DNA of 64,000 bases from an uncultured Verrucomicrobiae bacterium (GTDB lineage: Bacteria; Verrucomicrobiota; Verrucomicrobiia; Chthoniobacterales; UBA10450): the NCBI GenBank assembly GCA_963834385.1, contig CAWIBO010000001.1:160954-224953 (forward strand), read 5' to 3'. The notes beneath the pieces are model-generated. The model saw nothing but the letters and a program-made list of their open reading frames with translations. It was not told the DNA's origin and ran no database searches. This document shows positions 1 to 12,380 of this stretch, in pieces. The position numbers and the translations under genes were made by a program. Within the stretch, counting starts at the first letter, position 1; each line of letters begins with the position of its first letter.

Positions 1-2
1 CC

Positions 3-926
3 CAGCTCGGGCTGGCCGCTTCCCATGAGCTTGCGCGCATGAAGAAGATGGACGGCTACATTGCCCTGCGCGGGAGCAACAATATCAGCGAGCTTTCTGA
101 TGTGCCGCCGGAGAAAATGAAAATGGTGGCGAAGAAGATGCGCCCCGTGCAGGACCAGCGGGTGCGCCATACCAAATGGGTCGTCCTGCGCTGGCCCACT
201 CCCTCCATGGCCCAGTTGGCCAACATGAGCACGGAAGCCTTTGAAGACTTCTACTTCAACGTCTGCACCCTCGACTACAACAAGCTGCAGCCGGGGATGA
301 AAGCGCTGAAAAAACTGATGGAAAAGACCGATCAGGTCGAGATCAAGGGACCGGGCACCGACCTTCGCTTCAGCATCAAGGGAATCGGAGCCGTGATTTG
401 CGGGGGCGACCGCAACATCCCGGATGGGGAAGTCTTCAGCTGCCCGGTGCGTGATTCCGTGCAGGGCCACGTCACCTTTAACGCGCCCACGATCTACCAG
501 AGCGTGGCCTTTGATAATATCCGGCTCGACTTCCGAGACGGCAAAATCGTCTCAGCGAAAAGCAACGAGACAAAGAAGCTGAACAAGATTCTCGATTCCG
601 ACCCGGGTGCACGCTACATCGGCGAATTCTCCCTCGGGTTTAATCCCTATGTCCTCCATCCGATGCGGGACATTCTCTTTGACGAGAAGATCGCAGGCTC
701 TTTCCACTTCACGCCGGGCCAGGCCTACGAGGAGGCCGATAACGGCAACCGTTCCCAGGTGCACTGGGACATGGTCTGCATCCAGCGACCGGAGTACGGC
801 GGCGGGGAGGTTTATTTCGACGGCAAGCTCATCCGGCGCAACGGCGATTTCGTTCTGCCGGCGCTTCGCTCGCTCAACCGCAAGGCTTTTGCCAAGGCCC
901 CAAAAGCAAAGCCGCGTCGCGACTGA
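3..926 (+). CDS. Aminopeptidase, M29 (AmpS/aminopeptidase II) family, 5'-truncated by window edge
   Basis: Motifs [31 protein letters not shown] typical of M29. Frame is open from base 3. Confidence 0.9.
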   Translation, partial: QLGLAASHELARMKKMDGYIALRGSNNISELSDVPPEKMKMVAKKMRPVQDQRVRHTKWVVLRWPTPSMAQLANMSTEAFEDFYFNVCTLDYNKLQPGMKALKKLMEKTDQVEIKGPGTDLRFSIKGIGAVICGGDRNIPDGEVFSCPVRDSVQGHVTFNAPTIYQSVAFDNIRLDFRDGKIVSAKSNETKKLNKILDSDPGARYIGEFSLGFNPYVLHPMRDILFDEKIAGSFHFTPGQAYEEADNGNRSQVHWDMVCIQRPEYGGGEVYFDGKLIRRNGDFVLPALRSLNRKAFAKAPKAKPRRD

Positions 927-962
927 TCAGTCAACGACGCGGCTTGTAAACCGTGCTCTTGC

Positions 963-3900
963 TTAGGCGCGTTTTGCGCTCGGGCTGAGCTGGAGATTGC
1001 TCAGCTCGCCGTTGCTGCCCACCTGGGCGGCGCCGATCTCGAAGACCGGGGCTCCCTCAGGCTGTCCGCCGCCGCCGGGGAGCTGCACATTGACCGTGCG
1101 CGAATTGGAATTCAGCACGATCGCGGAGATCTCGAACGAGGGTGAGAACTCAACCGTGGCGATGTTGAACCCGGCGGTCACGTTGACCGGGGCCCGGCCC
1201 TGCTGCGATGCCATCAGTTGCACCGGCGCAGTCTCGAAGTTCGAAACGAGCTGCACGCCGGACACGGTCAGGGCGGAGGAGCCACTGAAGCCGGGCTTCT
1301 GTTGTTGCGATGGCGTCAGGCGCAGAGTGCCAAGTGTCCCCCCTGCGGGCTGGATCGAGGCGATCTCGAAGGTCACCTGGAGATTCATGGCCGGCTGCGG
1401 CTGCTGCGAAGGCGCCAGGCGCATCGTCACAACCTTGGAGGTTGGGCGAACCTGGAGGGCCCCCATCTTGAAGCTGGGAGTCAGCTGCAGGGAGGCAATC
1501 TCGCAGGAAAGCGTCAGTTGCACGGCGGTCTGCGGCGAGCCCGCGGGTTGAGCCCCTCCGGCGCCCGCTGGGGCATCTTTGGTCGCAGTTCGAATCGCAG
1601 GTGGTGTTTGGGTCGGTTCAGGCATGATGTCAGGTTTGGTTTGCTGCTGAGCGGAAGGCTCGTGGGTGATAACTGGTTGTTGTGTCCCGGCCACGGCCGC
1701 GCCGCGAAGCGCGCCCAGCCCGGCTGTGCCCCCGGACTCCGCCGACGCACCGGCTTCCGGAACGGGCGGCGTCGAGGTCTCGAGTTTGCTGGTGATTGTT
1801 TCGCTGATGGAAGCCTCCGCCGCAACCGGCAAAAGCTGGGGCACCGGCTGGCCCTGCCCAATCGGATCGAACTCGACGGGTTCGGCGGGAGCATCAACAC
1901 TCCCGATCGCCTCGACCGGGGCCGAGGTTTCCTCCGCGGCGGTCCATGCCTCCTCTGCGGGAGCGGCGACCAGGGCCGGCTCCAGCGTGGCCGGAATCTC
2001 CGCGGCCTCGGGGTAGGTGGGAGCCTCCTCCAGAGGACGCACTTCGGAAACACCTTCCTCCACATCCGCCAGATCGGCGGGGGCAGGCGGCGGGAAGGAA
2101 ACAGGCTGGTGGCCGTTGCCATTGCCGTTGGTATGGCCATTGCCATTGGTGCGCGAGCCCTTGCCCAGGGCAATGGCGCTGCGGCGCACGGACGGTTCGG
2201 TTGCCTTCAGGCGAAGCGAGAGCTGCGGCGGACCACCGGCCACACGGGCATGGGGCACCACCTGCTCGAGGGTCCCGGCTTCTTCGCCAGTCTCTTCGCT
2301 CTCCCGCACGGCCCGCCGGGAGGCACTCACGGCGGTGCGGCGGCGGATCTCAGGCACCAAAACCCAGCCAAGAATGACCACCCCCGCTGTGACCAGTCCT
2401 CCCACCAGGACGTTTCGCGAGCTGAGAAAAGCGCGGGCTTTCTCGGCGAAACCGGGCGCGGCAAAATCTTCGACCTCTGCCGGGGCCAGGGCCGTGGCGG
2501 GCGTCGATGCCACCGCAGCCACCGCCGTTTCCTCCGCGGCCGGTCGGGCGGTGATGGAAATGGAAGCGCTGGGCTCAGCCGCCATTTCCGCCGGGGAAGG
2601 TGCGGTCAGCACCTCGACAGCGCTGGCCGTTTCGGCGAGGGAAGTGGTGGCCTGCATCCCCGGGATGGGCATGGCCTCGGCCGTGGCCAGTTCAAGACCG
2701 CGGCTCTCGGCGACCGAGGCTCCCGGGATCGGGCTTGGCTCAATACCAGGCGCCCCTTCGGCGGGGGCAATCGGCTCCGCCTGGGCGAGCTGCGAGGCAA
2801 TCGGTGCCGCCTGCTCGCCGGAACGCTGGAGCCAGCCGAGGTCGTAGAAAGATTCCGCGAAGATGGCGTTCAGTGCCGGCGAGTAGATCTTGTTGGCGGA
2901 GGTGACCCAGTCTTCCGCCTTGGTGGCGTTGTTCTGCTTGTACTCCCAGGCTGCCTGCGCGTAGTAGAGAGCCGGCGTGTCCCCGGTAAACTGGAACTGG
3001 TCCATCATCTTCTGCGCCTGCTTTTCCTTGCCCTCGAGCAGCAGCGTCAGAAAAATCTTGTACTTGATGAGCTGGGACGCCTGATTCTTGTCGCCTCCCG
3101 GCGTGCTGGCAAAGAGCGCCTCCAGGCGTTCGCGGGCCGTGGCGTATTCCTTCTTCTTGAAAGGAATTTCGGCAAGGTTGTATTGCGCTTCGCGCATCTT
3201 CGCATCGGCCTTTACCGCGCGGTTGAAATGCGTCTCCGCTTCATCGAAGCGACCCTGCGCCAGGAGCGTCTCTCCCCGCAGATTCTGGAAGTCGGCGGCC
3301 TTGGCCTCCTCGGGATCAACCTGCTCCAGCAGGCTGAACGCGCCGGCGGCATCGCCGCGCTGCAACGCCTGCTGCGCCTGCTCGAACTTGGCCCGGGCAT
3401 CCGCCTTGCTCCGCGCCGCTCGATCCGCCGGCGAGCTGATCTCAAGCGAGGCGCGGGTGGCACCGGTCGGCTTCTCCAGCCAGCCCACCGCGTAAAGCGA
3501 CTCGGCAAAGAGCTTGTTCAACTGCGAGGAGAACTTTTTCTCCGCCCCGGAAAGAATTTCCCGGGCCGCGTTGGCATCGTTGCGCTGAAGCGCCATGGCC
3601 GCCCGGCCATATTGCGCCGCCGGCGTCTGGGGATTCAGTTCAAACCGCGCCAGGATCGACTCCGCCAGATTGGGTTTGTTTTCGAGAACGTAGGTGAGCA
3701 AAATTTTGTATTCAATCAGCTGGGCCGCCTCCGACTGGATTTCAGACGCATTCGCCGCCAGCAGGGCCTGGAAACGGTTGCGCGCCTCCGTCCAGTTCTT
3801 TTGCAGGAACGGCACCTCCGCCAGGTTGAACCGCGCGTTCCAGAATTTGGGGTCGAGTTCAATGGCACGGGTCAGCGCCGCCTCCGCCTTGTCGAAGGCC

Positions 3901-4130
3901 CCCTGGCGCATGAAAATAACGCCGCGCAGGTTCTGCGACTCGGAAAGGTCCGGCTGCCGCGCATCAATCGCGTCGAGCTCGGTCAGGGCCTGGTCGTAAT
4001 TGGCTCCCTCAAAGGCCTTAAAGGCCTTTTCATACATCGATTCCAGCTCGGTTTTGGTGGGGGCGACGTTGTTGGCCGCAAATGAGCTCAAAACCAGCAG
4101 CGAAACGGTCAAAAATTTGCGGATCTTCAT
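963..4130 (-). CDS. Large TPR-repeat membrane protein: signal peptide, duplicated TPR module, Ala/Pro linker, one TM helix, C-terminal beta-repeat domain
   Basis: 1055 aa ORF. N-terminal MKIRKFLTVSLLVLSSFAA; TPR-like QNLRG...ARFNLAE occurs twice; hydrophobic VLVGGLVTAGVVILGWVLV. Confidence 0.85.
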   Translation of the reverse strand: MKIRKFLTVSLLVLSSFAANNVAPTKTELESMYEKAFKAFEGANYDQALTELDAIDARQPDLSESQNLRGVIFMRQGAFDKAEAALTRAIELDPKFWNARFNLAEVPFLQKNWTEARNRFQALLAANASEIQSEAAQLIEYKILLTYVLENKPNLAESILARFELNPQTPAAQYGRAAMALQRNDANAAREILSGAEKKFSSQLNKLFAESLYAVGWLEKPTGATRASLEISSPADRAARSKADARAKFEQAQQALQRGDAAGAFSLLEQVDPEEAKAADFQNLRGETLLAQGRFDEAETHFNRAVKADAKMREAQYNLAEIPFKKKEYATARERLEALFASTPGGDKNQASQLIKYKIFLTLLLEGKEKQAQKMMDQFQFTGDTPALYYAQAAWEYKQNNATKAEDWVTSANKIYSPALNAIFAESFYDLGWLQRSGEQAAPIASQLAQAEPIAPAEGAPGIEPSPIPGASVAESRGLELATAEAMPIPGMQATTSLAETASAVEVLTAPSPAEMAAEPSASISITARPAAEETAVAAVASTPATALAPAEVEDFAAPGFAEKARAFLSSRNVLVGGLVTAGVVILGWVLVPEIRRRTAVSASRRAVRESEETGEEAGTLEQVVPHARVAGGPPQLSLRLKATEPSVRRSAIALGKGSRTNGNGHTNGNGNGHQPVSFPPPAPADLADVEEGVSEVRPLEEAPTYPEAAEIPATLEPALVAAPAEEAWTAAEETSAPVEAIGSVDAPAEPVEFDPIGQGQPVPQLLPVAAEASISETITSKLETSTPPVPEAGASAESGGTAGLGALRGAAVAGTQQPVITHEPSAQQQTKPDIMPEPTQTPPAIRTATKDAPAGAGGAQPAGSPQTAVQLTLSCEIASLQLTPSFKMGALQVRPTSKVVTMRLAPSQQPQPAMNLQVTFEIASIQPAGGTLGTLRLTPSQQQKPGFSGSSALTVSGVQLVSNFETAPVQLMASQQGRAPVNVTAGFNIATVEFSPSFEISAIVLNSNSRTVNVQLPGGGGQPEGAPVFEIGAAQVGSNGELSNLQLSPSAKRA

Positions 4131-4224
4131 GGAGAAATGATCAAACTACCCGGTGAAAGTTATGACAAGAGAAAACTTGCCGAAGCAGCCCGCGAGGGGC
4201 TTTTCGGAGTGATTTTAGCACATT

Positions 4225-5085
4225 TCACGCCCTTTTTCGGGTTGCACGGGCCGGTTTCGCCCGGCGGGCTTTTTTCCCCTTTTGAGCCGGTCCGGCAGGA
4301 CGGTCGGGGGAGGCAGCCCGGGGCCTCAAACTCCGGTTCCCGATAAGGCGCAATCCCTCCAGGGTGAGATGGGGGTGCACCGCCTCAATCGCGGGAACCT
4401 GGGCGGCGATCAGTCTGGCATAACCACCGGTGGCCACCACCCGCGGAGCCTGACCGGGGAAAGCTTCCTCCCGAACCCGGGCCAGGATCTCCCGGACCAG
4501 GCCGCGGTAACCGAGCACCGCGCCCGCCATCATGGCCTCGCGCGTGGAGCGTCCGACCGTCCGGCGCGGCTCGCGCAAGGTCAGGCGCGGCAGCAGGGCG
4601 GTGCGCTGGTGGAGATAGCTCGTCATGGCTTCGAGGCCCGGCGCAATCACACCGCCAAGATAAGCGCCGCCGGAGGAGACGATGTCAAAGGTGACGGCGG
4701 TGCCGAAGTCGACCACGATCGCGGGGGTGCCATGCAGCTCGGCCACCGCCACCGCGTTGGCGAGACGATCGGCACCGATCGAGCGGGGCTGCGGATAATC
4801 AATCCCGATCCCGAGGTCGAGCGCCGCGGAGACCGCCACGATCTCTCTTTTGCCCGCGGCGGACCGGACGATCGCATCCCGGGCCGGCACGACCGAGGAG
4901 AAGACGATCGCGCGCACCTCGCGGCGCTGCAGAAAAACGCGCAGACGCGCGGCGGTCAGACGCGGCGTGGGAACGCGCTCGGGGCGCTCGACCCGGGCGC
5001 GGCTGGAGAATGCCAGCTTGGTGAAGGAATTGCTGATATCGATGAGCAGGTATTCCGCTTTCCTGCGCGCGCGCGTCGGTTTCAT
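4225..5085 (-). CDS. coaX: Type III pantothenate kinase
   Basis: LLIDISNSFTK, IGADR, VVDFGTAVTFD, GGVIAPG, LTLEGL motifs. Confidence 0.93.
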   Translation of the reverse strand: MKPTRARRKAEYLLIDISNSFTKLAFSSRARVERPERVPTPRLTAARLRVFLQRREVRAIVFSSVVPARDAIVRSAAGKREIVAVSAALDLGIGIDYPQPRSIGADRLANAVAVAELHGTPAIVVDFGTAVTFDIVSSGGAYLGGVIAPGLEAMTSYLHQRTALLPRLTLREPRRTVGRSTREAMMAGAVLGYRGLVREILARVREEAFPGQAPRVVATGGYARLIAAQVPAIEAVHPHLTLEGLRLIGNRSLRPRAASPDRPAGPAQKGKKARRAKPARATRKRA

Positions 5086-5180
5086 GGACAGGGGGCGGGC
5101 GTGCCGCCGCGGTGTTCCTAAATGATTCCCCTGCCGCTGGCAAACTTGCGGGTGCGGAATCGTCCGCGTAGCCTCGCCCT

Positions 5181-8407
<3,227 letters not shown>

Positions 8408-8491
8408 GCGCTGACTCTCAGGAGAAGGCCGGGGGGAAACAAGCGGTTCTTTCGTTGACAAAGATTTCGCCCTCCCCCCTTTATCGGCGCA

Positions 8492-9745
8492 ATGAAATGG
8501 CGCAATCAACTGCTGGCGCTGGTCTGCCTGCTGGTCTTTGCCGGCCTCGGCGTTCTCTACTTCCGGCATTGGGTGGTGCAGAAGCCATTCGGAATCATTC
8601 TCTTTATCGGGGAAGGCATGAGCCTCGATCGCCTAGCGGCCACGCGCCTTTACGCGGCCGGCGCCGATGTACCGCTGGTGCTGGACCGTTTTCCACACGT
8701 GGCCATCCTGAAGAACGCCTCCGGGGACTTTGCCGTGCCGGACGCGGCCGCGGCCGCGACTGCGTTTGCCTCCGGTTTGAGGACGAACAACGGATCGATC
8801 GGAGTCGACCGAAGCGGACGCCAGGTGCCTGGCCTGATGGAGAAGGCCCGCGCGGCCGGGCGGGCCACCGGAATCGTGACCGACGGCGAGGTGACGGCGC
8901 CGACGACGGCGGCCTTTTTTGCGCACACCACCCGTGCTGATGATGCGGGGGCAATCGCCAATGCCCTTGTCGCAGGCGATGGCCCCGATCTTCTCCTGGG
9001 CGGCGGCGGCCGATTTTTCTTTCCGGGAGGAGGCGAGGCGCCGCGCCCGGAGGCGCGGGACCTCGCGCGGGAGATGGCCGACCAGGGCTACGAAATTGTC
9101 CGGACGCAGAGCGAGCTGGAGGAAGCGGCGGATTGGCGCCGGCCGAGATTGCGTGGGCTTTTCAGTCCCGGTCCGCTCGCCTACAGCGCCGATATTGCCC
9201 AGCGGGCCGGGCAACCGCTTCTTTCCGACATGGTGCGTCGCGCCGTGGAACTGCTGCAATTCAATCGGGGCGGATATCTCCTGGTGGTCGATGCCGCCCT
9301 GATGCGGACAAGCGCCGAGGCGAACGAGGCTGAGCGGTTACTGAACGAAATGGTTGAGTTCGACCGGGCCATTGCGGTGGCCCGCCGTTACGCGGGCGGG
9401 TCAGCCCTGATCGTGGTGGCGAGCGACCGGGCTGTGGGCGGGCTGGCCGTGAATGGCTATCCCCAGATGCGCGACAGCGGAATCGCTTTGCTTGGGCTTA
9501 ACTCTGCGGGTCAGCCCTGGATGACCTGGGCGACCGGGCCGAGAGGTCCGGCGGAGGCCCCGGGAACCGGGGGAACGGGAGAAGTGGCCACCGGTCGCGA
9601 AGCGGAGCCGGCGGCGCTTCTGCTTCCGCGCGCGCTGCCGGTTGTCTCCGATGGATTTGCCCTTGGGGTCGGGACGGGGAGCGAGCGATTGCAGGGCGTG
9701 CTGGAGAACACCGCGCTCTTTTCTCTCCTGGCGGACCAATTGTAG
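8492..9745 (+). CDS. Alkaline phosphatase-family protein, membrane-anchored, with degenerate active site
   Basis: IILFIGEGMS, VPDAAAAATA, TGIVT, DLLLGGG, LSDMVRRAVELL, N-terminal TM. Confidence 0.8.
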   Translation: MKWRNQLLALVCLLVFAGLGVLYFRHWVVQKPFGIILFIGEGMSLDRLAATRLYAAGADVPLVLDRFPHVAILKNASGDFAVPDAAAAATAFASGLRTNNGSIGVDRSGRQVPGLMEKARAAGRATGIVTDGEVTAPTTAAFFAHTTRADDAGAIANALVAGDGPDLLLGGGGRFFFPGGGEAPRPEARDLAREMADQGYEIVRTQSELEEAADWRRPRLRGLFSPGPLAYSADIAQRAGQPLLSDMVRRAVELLQFNRGGYLLVVDAALMRTSAEANEAERLLNEMVEFDRAIAVARRYAGGSALIVVASDRAVGGLAVNGYPQMRDSGIALLGLNSAGQPWMTWATGPRGPAEAPGTGGTGEVATGREAEPAALLLPRALPVVSDGFALGVGTGSERLQGVLENTALFSLLADQL

Positions 9746-9761
9746 ATCGCCGGAAACGCAA

Positions 9762-9796
9762 AAACCCGCCGGTCGCTCAGGGCAACCGGCGGGTTT
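9762..9796. terminator. Hairpin between convergent genes, probable bidirectional intrinsic terminator
   Basis: aaacccgccggt (9762-9773) pairs with accggcgggttt (9785-9796). Confidence 0.75.
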
Positions 9797-9814
9797 GCGA
9801 ATCGCAGTGTTCGA

Positions 9815-11155
9815 TTAGGGACTGGTGGGAACGATCTGGGGAATAAAGGTGAAGGGAGGTGGCGGGGGAAGGTTCGGGGGCGGTGGTCCTTCCGCGGGGA
9901 TATCCTCGGGCATGTCCTTCGAGTCGACCATTTCCTTGGAGTCGATCATCTCCTTGCCATCAGCCACCACCTTGCTGTCGATGCTGTCGTTGGTGACATT
10001 GGCTTCGCTGGTGGTCTCGGTCGCCTCGCTTTCGGTCTCCGTCGTCTGGGCGGCGGCGAGCAATTGCTGGTTTTCGCTGGTCCCGCCGAAGGCGGCGATT
10101 TCAGCCACGGTAAAGGCGGTGTCCGCCGCGCCTTCCCCGAGCCAGCGCAGCATCAGGTAACGTCCGCTGGTTTCCGTGAATTCGACCGAAGTCCGGCCGT
10201 CCGTCTCGGCCATGGCCGTGGCCACCGGGCTCAACTGCGAGAGCGAGGCATCCGAGACCTGGGCGGAACCCGTGGAGACCTGCTGCAACTCGGAAGGCAG
10301 TTCCGACATGACATACACCTCGATGCGGCCGGGACGCGCTGAGTGAATCGCCGAGACTTTGCGGATGGAAGCGGCCTTGCCGAGATCGATCACCGCGGTG
10401 GGCGCGGCATCAGTCGTGGCAAAATCAAAGGTCGTGGTCGGATGCTCGTCGAGCATGTTGTTCGCCGCGGTCAGGTTGGTTCCGGAGCTGACGAAGACGG
10501 CCCGCGCCCGGCTGTGCAGGTCGGCCAGATTCGCGTTCATGTAGCCGAAGCTGCTTTCGCCCGACTTCTGGCTGACCGTGCGGGTGCGCGGCATGGTGAA
10601 GTCCGCGGTGGCGGCATTGGGATACACGCCGAAGGAAGTGATCTTGCCCGGCTGGGTGGCCTCGAAGGTGAGACGAACGTATTTGGCCTCGGCCGGCCCG
10701 ATCTTTGCCTTCACGGTTTCAGGCGTGATCTCCTGCTGGGCGACCGTATTCCACTGGGCGCTTTCGGCGGGGAGCTTGGCGTTGGAGGTGGCCACCGTGA
10801 GATTGCCGGCGGCACCGTTGTTAAGAAACGAGATGCTCTCGAGGTTCTCGATGGAGGGGAGCGTGAGCAGCACCGTGGTGGTTCCGGCGGAAAGCGGGAA
10901 GGCCGCGGCGGGGTCGCTGCTCAGGAGCGCGCTGGCGGCGGAGGAGTCCGCCGCGCCGGCGCTCTGCAGGACCTCGACTTCGGTGCCGAGTTTGGTGCGG
11001 GCGAGGTTTTCAGGATAGGCCGGCGCCTGCTCAACGGAGAGAGGCGGGACCTTTTGCAAGGCGATCTCGCCGGAGACGGGTGAGGTCAGGGCGAGAGGAA
11101 GAAGGAAGGCAAGATGCTTCAGGCGGACAAGGTGGGATGCGCTCATAATTTCCAT
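9815..11155 (-). CDS. Secreted protein with two discoidin/galactose-binding-like domains and a D[SG]K-repeat, Pro-rich tail
   Basis: Signal-like N-terminus; internal duplication (ENLART/ANLADL, KYVRLTF/RYLMLRW); VIDLG and VAEI motifs. Start at 11155 or 11146. Confidence 0.65.
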   Translation of the reverse strand: MEIMSASHLVRLKHLAFLLPLALTSPVSGEIALQKVPPLSVEQAPAYPENLARTKLGTEVEVLQSAGAADSSAASALLSSDPAAAFPLSAGTTTVLLTLPSIENLESISFLNNGAAGNLTVATSNAKLPAESAQWNTVAQQEITPETVKAKIGPAEAKYVRLTFEATQPGKITSFGVYPNAATADFTMPRTRTVSQKSGESSFGYMNANLADLHSRARAVFVSSGTNLTAANNMLDEHPTTTFDFATTDAAPTAVIDLGKAASIRKVSAIHSARPGRIEVYVMSELPSELQQVSTGSAQVSDASLSQLSPVATAMAETDGRTSVEFTETSGRYLMLRWLGEGAADTAFTVAEIAAFGGTSENQQLLAAAQTTETESEATETTSEANVTNDSIDSKVVADGKEMIDSKEMVDSKDMPEDIPAEGPPPPNLPPPPPFTFIPQIVPTSP

Positions 11156-11286
11156 AGCTACAAGAACCATAGTAGACAGTTCCCGCCCGTCTGGCAATAG
11201 AAAACTCCGGGCCCACCCAATTTTCTTTCGCCTCCGCTCGCCCCAGCCCACCAGCAGGCGGCTGTGGGCCGGCGGCCCGACTCCCC

Positions 11287-11871
11287 TTAGCGGGCGGCCA
11301 GCAAGGTGCTCGCCTTCACCGCCCGGTATTTCTTGGTCCCGGCGTAGGCATACATCGGGAGGTAGGAGCGGTTGCCATGCCGTTCCGCACGCTCCGCTGT
11401 CCAGTTCAAGGTGGGATCAAGGACGTAGGTGCCCGTCGGGGTCGACCATTCCAGCCAGGCGTGCGTGGACCGGCTGTAGATGGACTTCTTTCCGATGACG
11501 AGACGAATGTTCTTGGCTCCGCGCGCCTTCATCCGGGCATAGAGGGCCACGGCTTTCCCTTTGCAATCGGCGGAGGAACCGGTCGCAACTTCGTTCGGAG
11601 TCTTCCACTGCATCGAGAAACGGTAGGGAATTGAGCGGAGATCCCACATCCAGTTGTTGACCAGGTGGAGATTGACCTGCGCTTTGGGCGCCGCTTGCTG
11701 GGCCTTGGTCAGGATCGGCTGGATCCGGTTCATCTGACGGTCGTAAGGGGTGGAATCGACCGAGAAAAGGATCGGCTGCGCGAAACAAGAGGCGGCGCAG
11801 AGCCCGGCAAGGGTGGCCAGGGCAACCCAGACGCGGCGGAGAGAGAGCGGAGAGAGGCTTATGGTAATCAT
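11287..11871 (-). CDS. Transglutaminase-like cysteine proteinase (BTLCP/LapG-like), exported
   Basis: WKTP.E, ADCKGKA, HAWL, YVLD give a Cys-His-Asp triad; signal-like N-terminus. Confidence 0.8.
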   Translation of the reverse strand: MITISLSPLSLRRVWVALATLAGLCAASCFAQPILFSVDSTPYDRQMNRIQPILTKAQQAAPKAQVNLHLVNNWMWDLRSIPYRFSMQWKTPNEVATGSSADCKGKAVALYARMKARGAKNIRLVIGKKSIYSRSTHAWLEWSTPTGTYVLDPTLNWTAERAERHGNRSYLPMYAYAGTKKYRAVKASTLLAAR

Positions 11872-11890
11872 AGTTGCTATGACTTACATA

Positions 11891-11906
11891 AGCAGGGCAC
11901 GTGCCA
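11891..11906 (-). promoter_or_regulatory. Sigma-54 (-24/-12) promoter
   Basis: Minus strand TGGCACGTGCCCTGCT has GG-N10-GC spacing, about 20 nt upstream of the ATG at 11871. Confidence 0.7.
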
Positions 11907-11977
11907 GCCTTGGCCCACGCCCGACCGCGCGCCCCTCTCCCGGCTACACCAAGCCCCCTGGGCGAGGCAAGAATCGC

Positions 11978-12262
11978 CTACTCGGCTGATTCCATCGCGA
12001 GGACCTCCTCGCTGGTAAACCGCCCAACCCGGGAGGAACCCGCCGGCTCTGCCTCCTGCGACTTCTTCTTCTTCTTCGCTTTGGCCGTCGCTCTCCGGAC
12101 CGCACGGGACTTTGCTCCCTTTTCCTGCGGGATGAGCGACCCGGTAATGATGACCCGGTCGCCCCGCCGCCGGTCATCCTTCCGCTCCGCCGCGGATACG
12201 CCCGGGAGGACAAGGGTGAAGGCGAGGACGAGCAATAAGGCGAGACGGGCGAGGACGAACAT
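11978..12262 (-). CDS. Small secreted basic protein with a TonB-receptor-like N-terminal motif
   Basis: Signal peptide MFVLARLALLLVLAFTLVLPGVSA followed by DRVIITGSLIP. Confidence 0.6.
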   Translation of the reverse strand: MFVLARLALLLVLAFTLVLPGVSAAERKDDRRRGDRVIITGSLIPQEKGAKSRAVRRATAKAKKKKKSQEAEPAGSSRVGRFTSEEVLAMESAE

Positions 12263-12326
12263 GGCGCCTGTGATACCAAGCGGCGGAACAACAGGCAAGC
12301 GTTACCCACGCGCGATCGCGGTACGC

Positions 12327-12357
12327 AAAAAGGGCAGCGGCCGAAACCGCTGCCCCT
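12327..12357 (-). terminator. Intrinsic terminator downstream of the TonB-dependent receptor
   Basis: gggcagcgg-ccgaaa-ccgctgccc stem followed on the minus strand by a T-tract. Confidence 0.8.
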
Positions 12358-12380
12358 TGCAATGTTTAACTAAGTCCGGT

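Noticed and set aside
1218..4085. 955 aa plus-strand ORF
   Set aside because: Antisense shadow of the TPR gene; Arg/Gly-rich with no motifs, as expected from high-GC codon bias.
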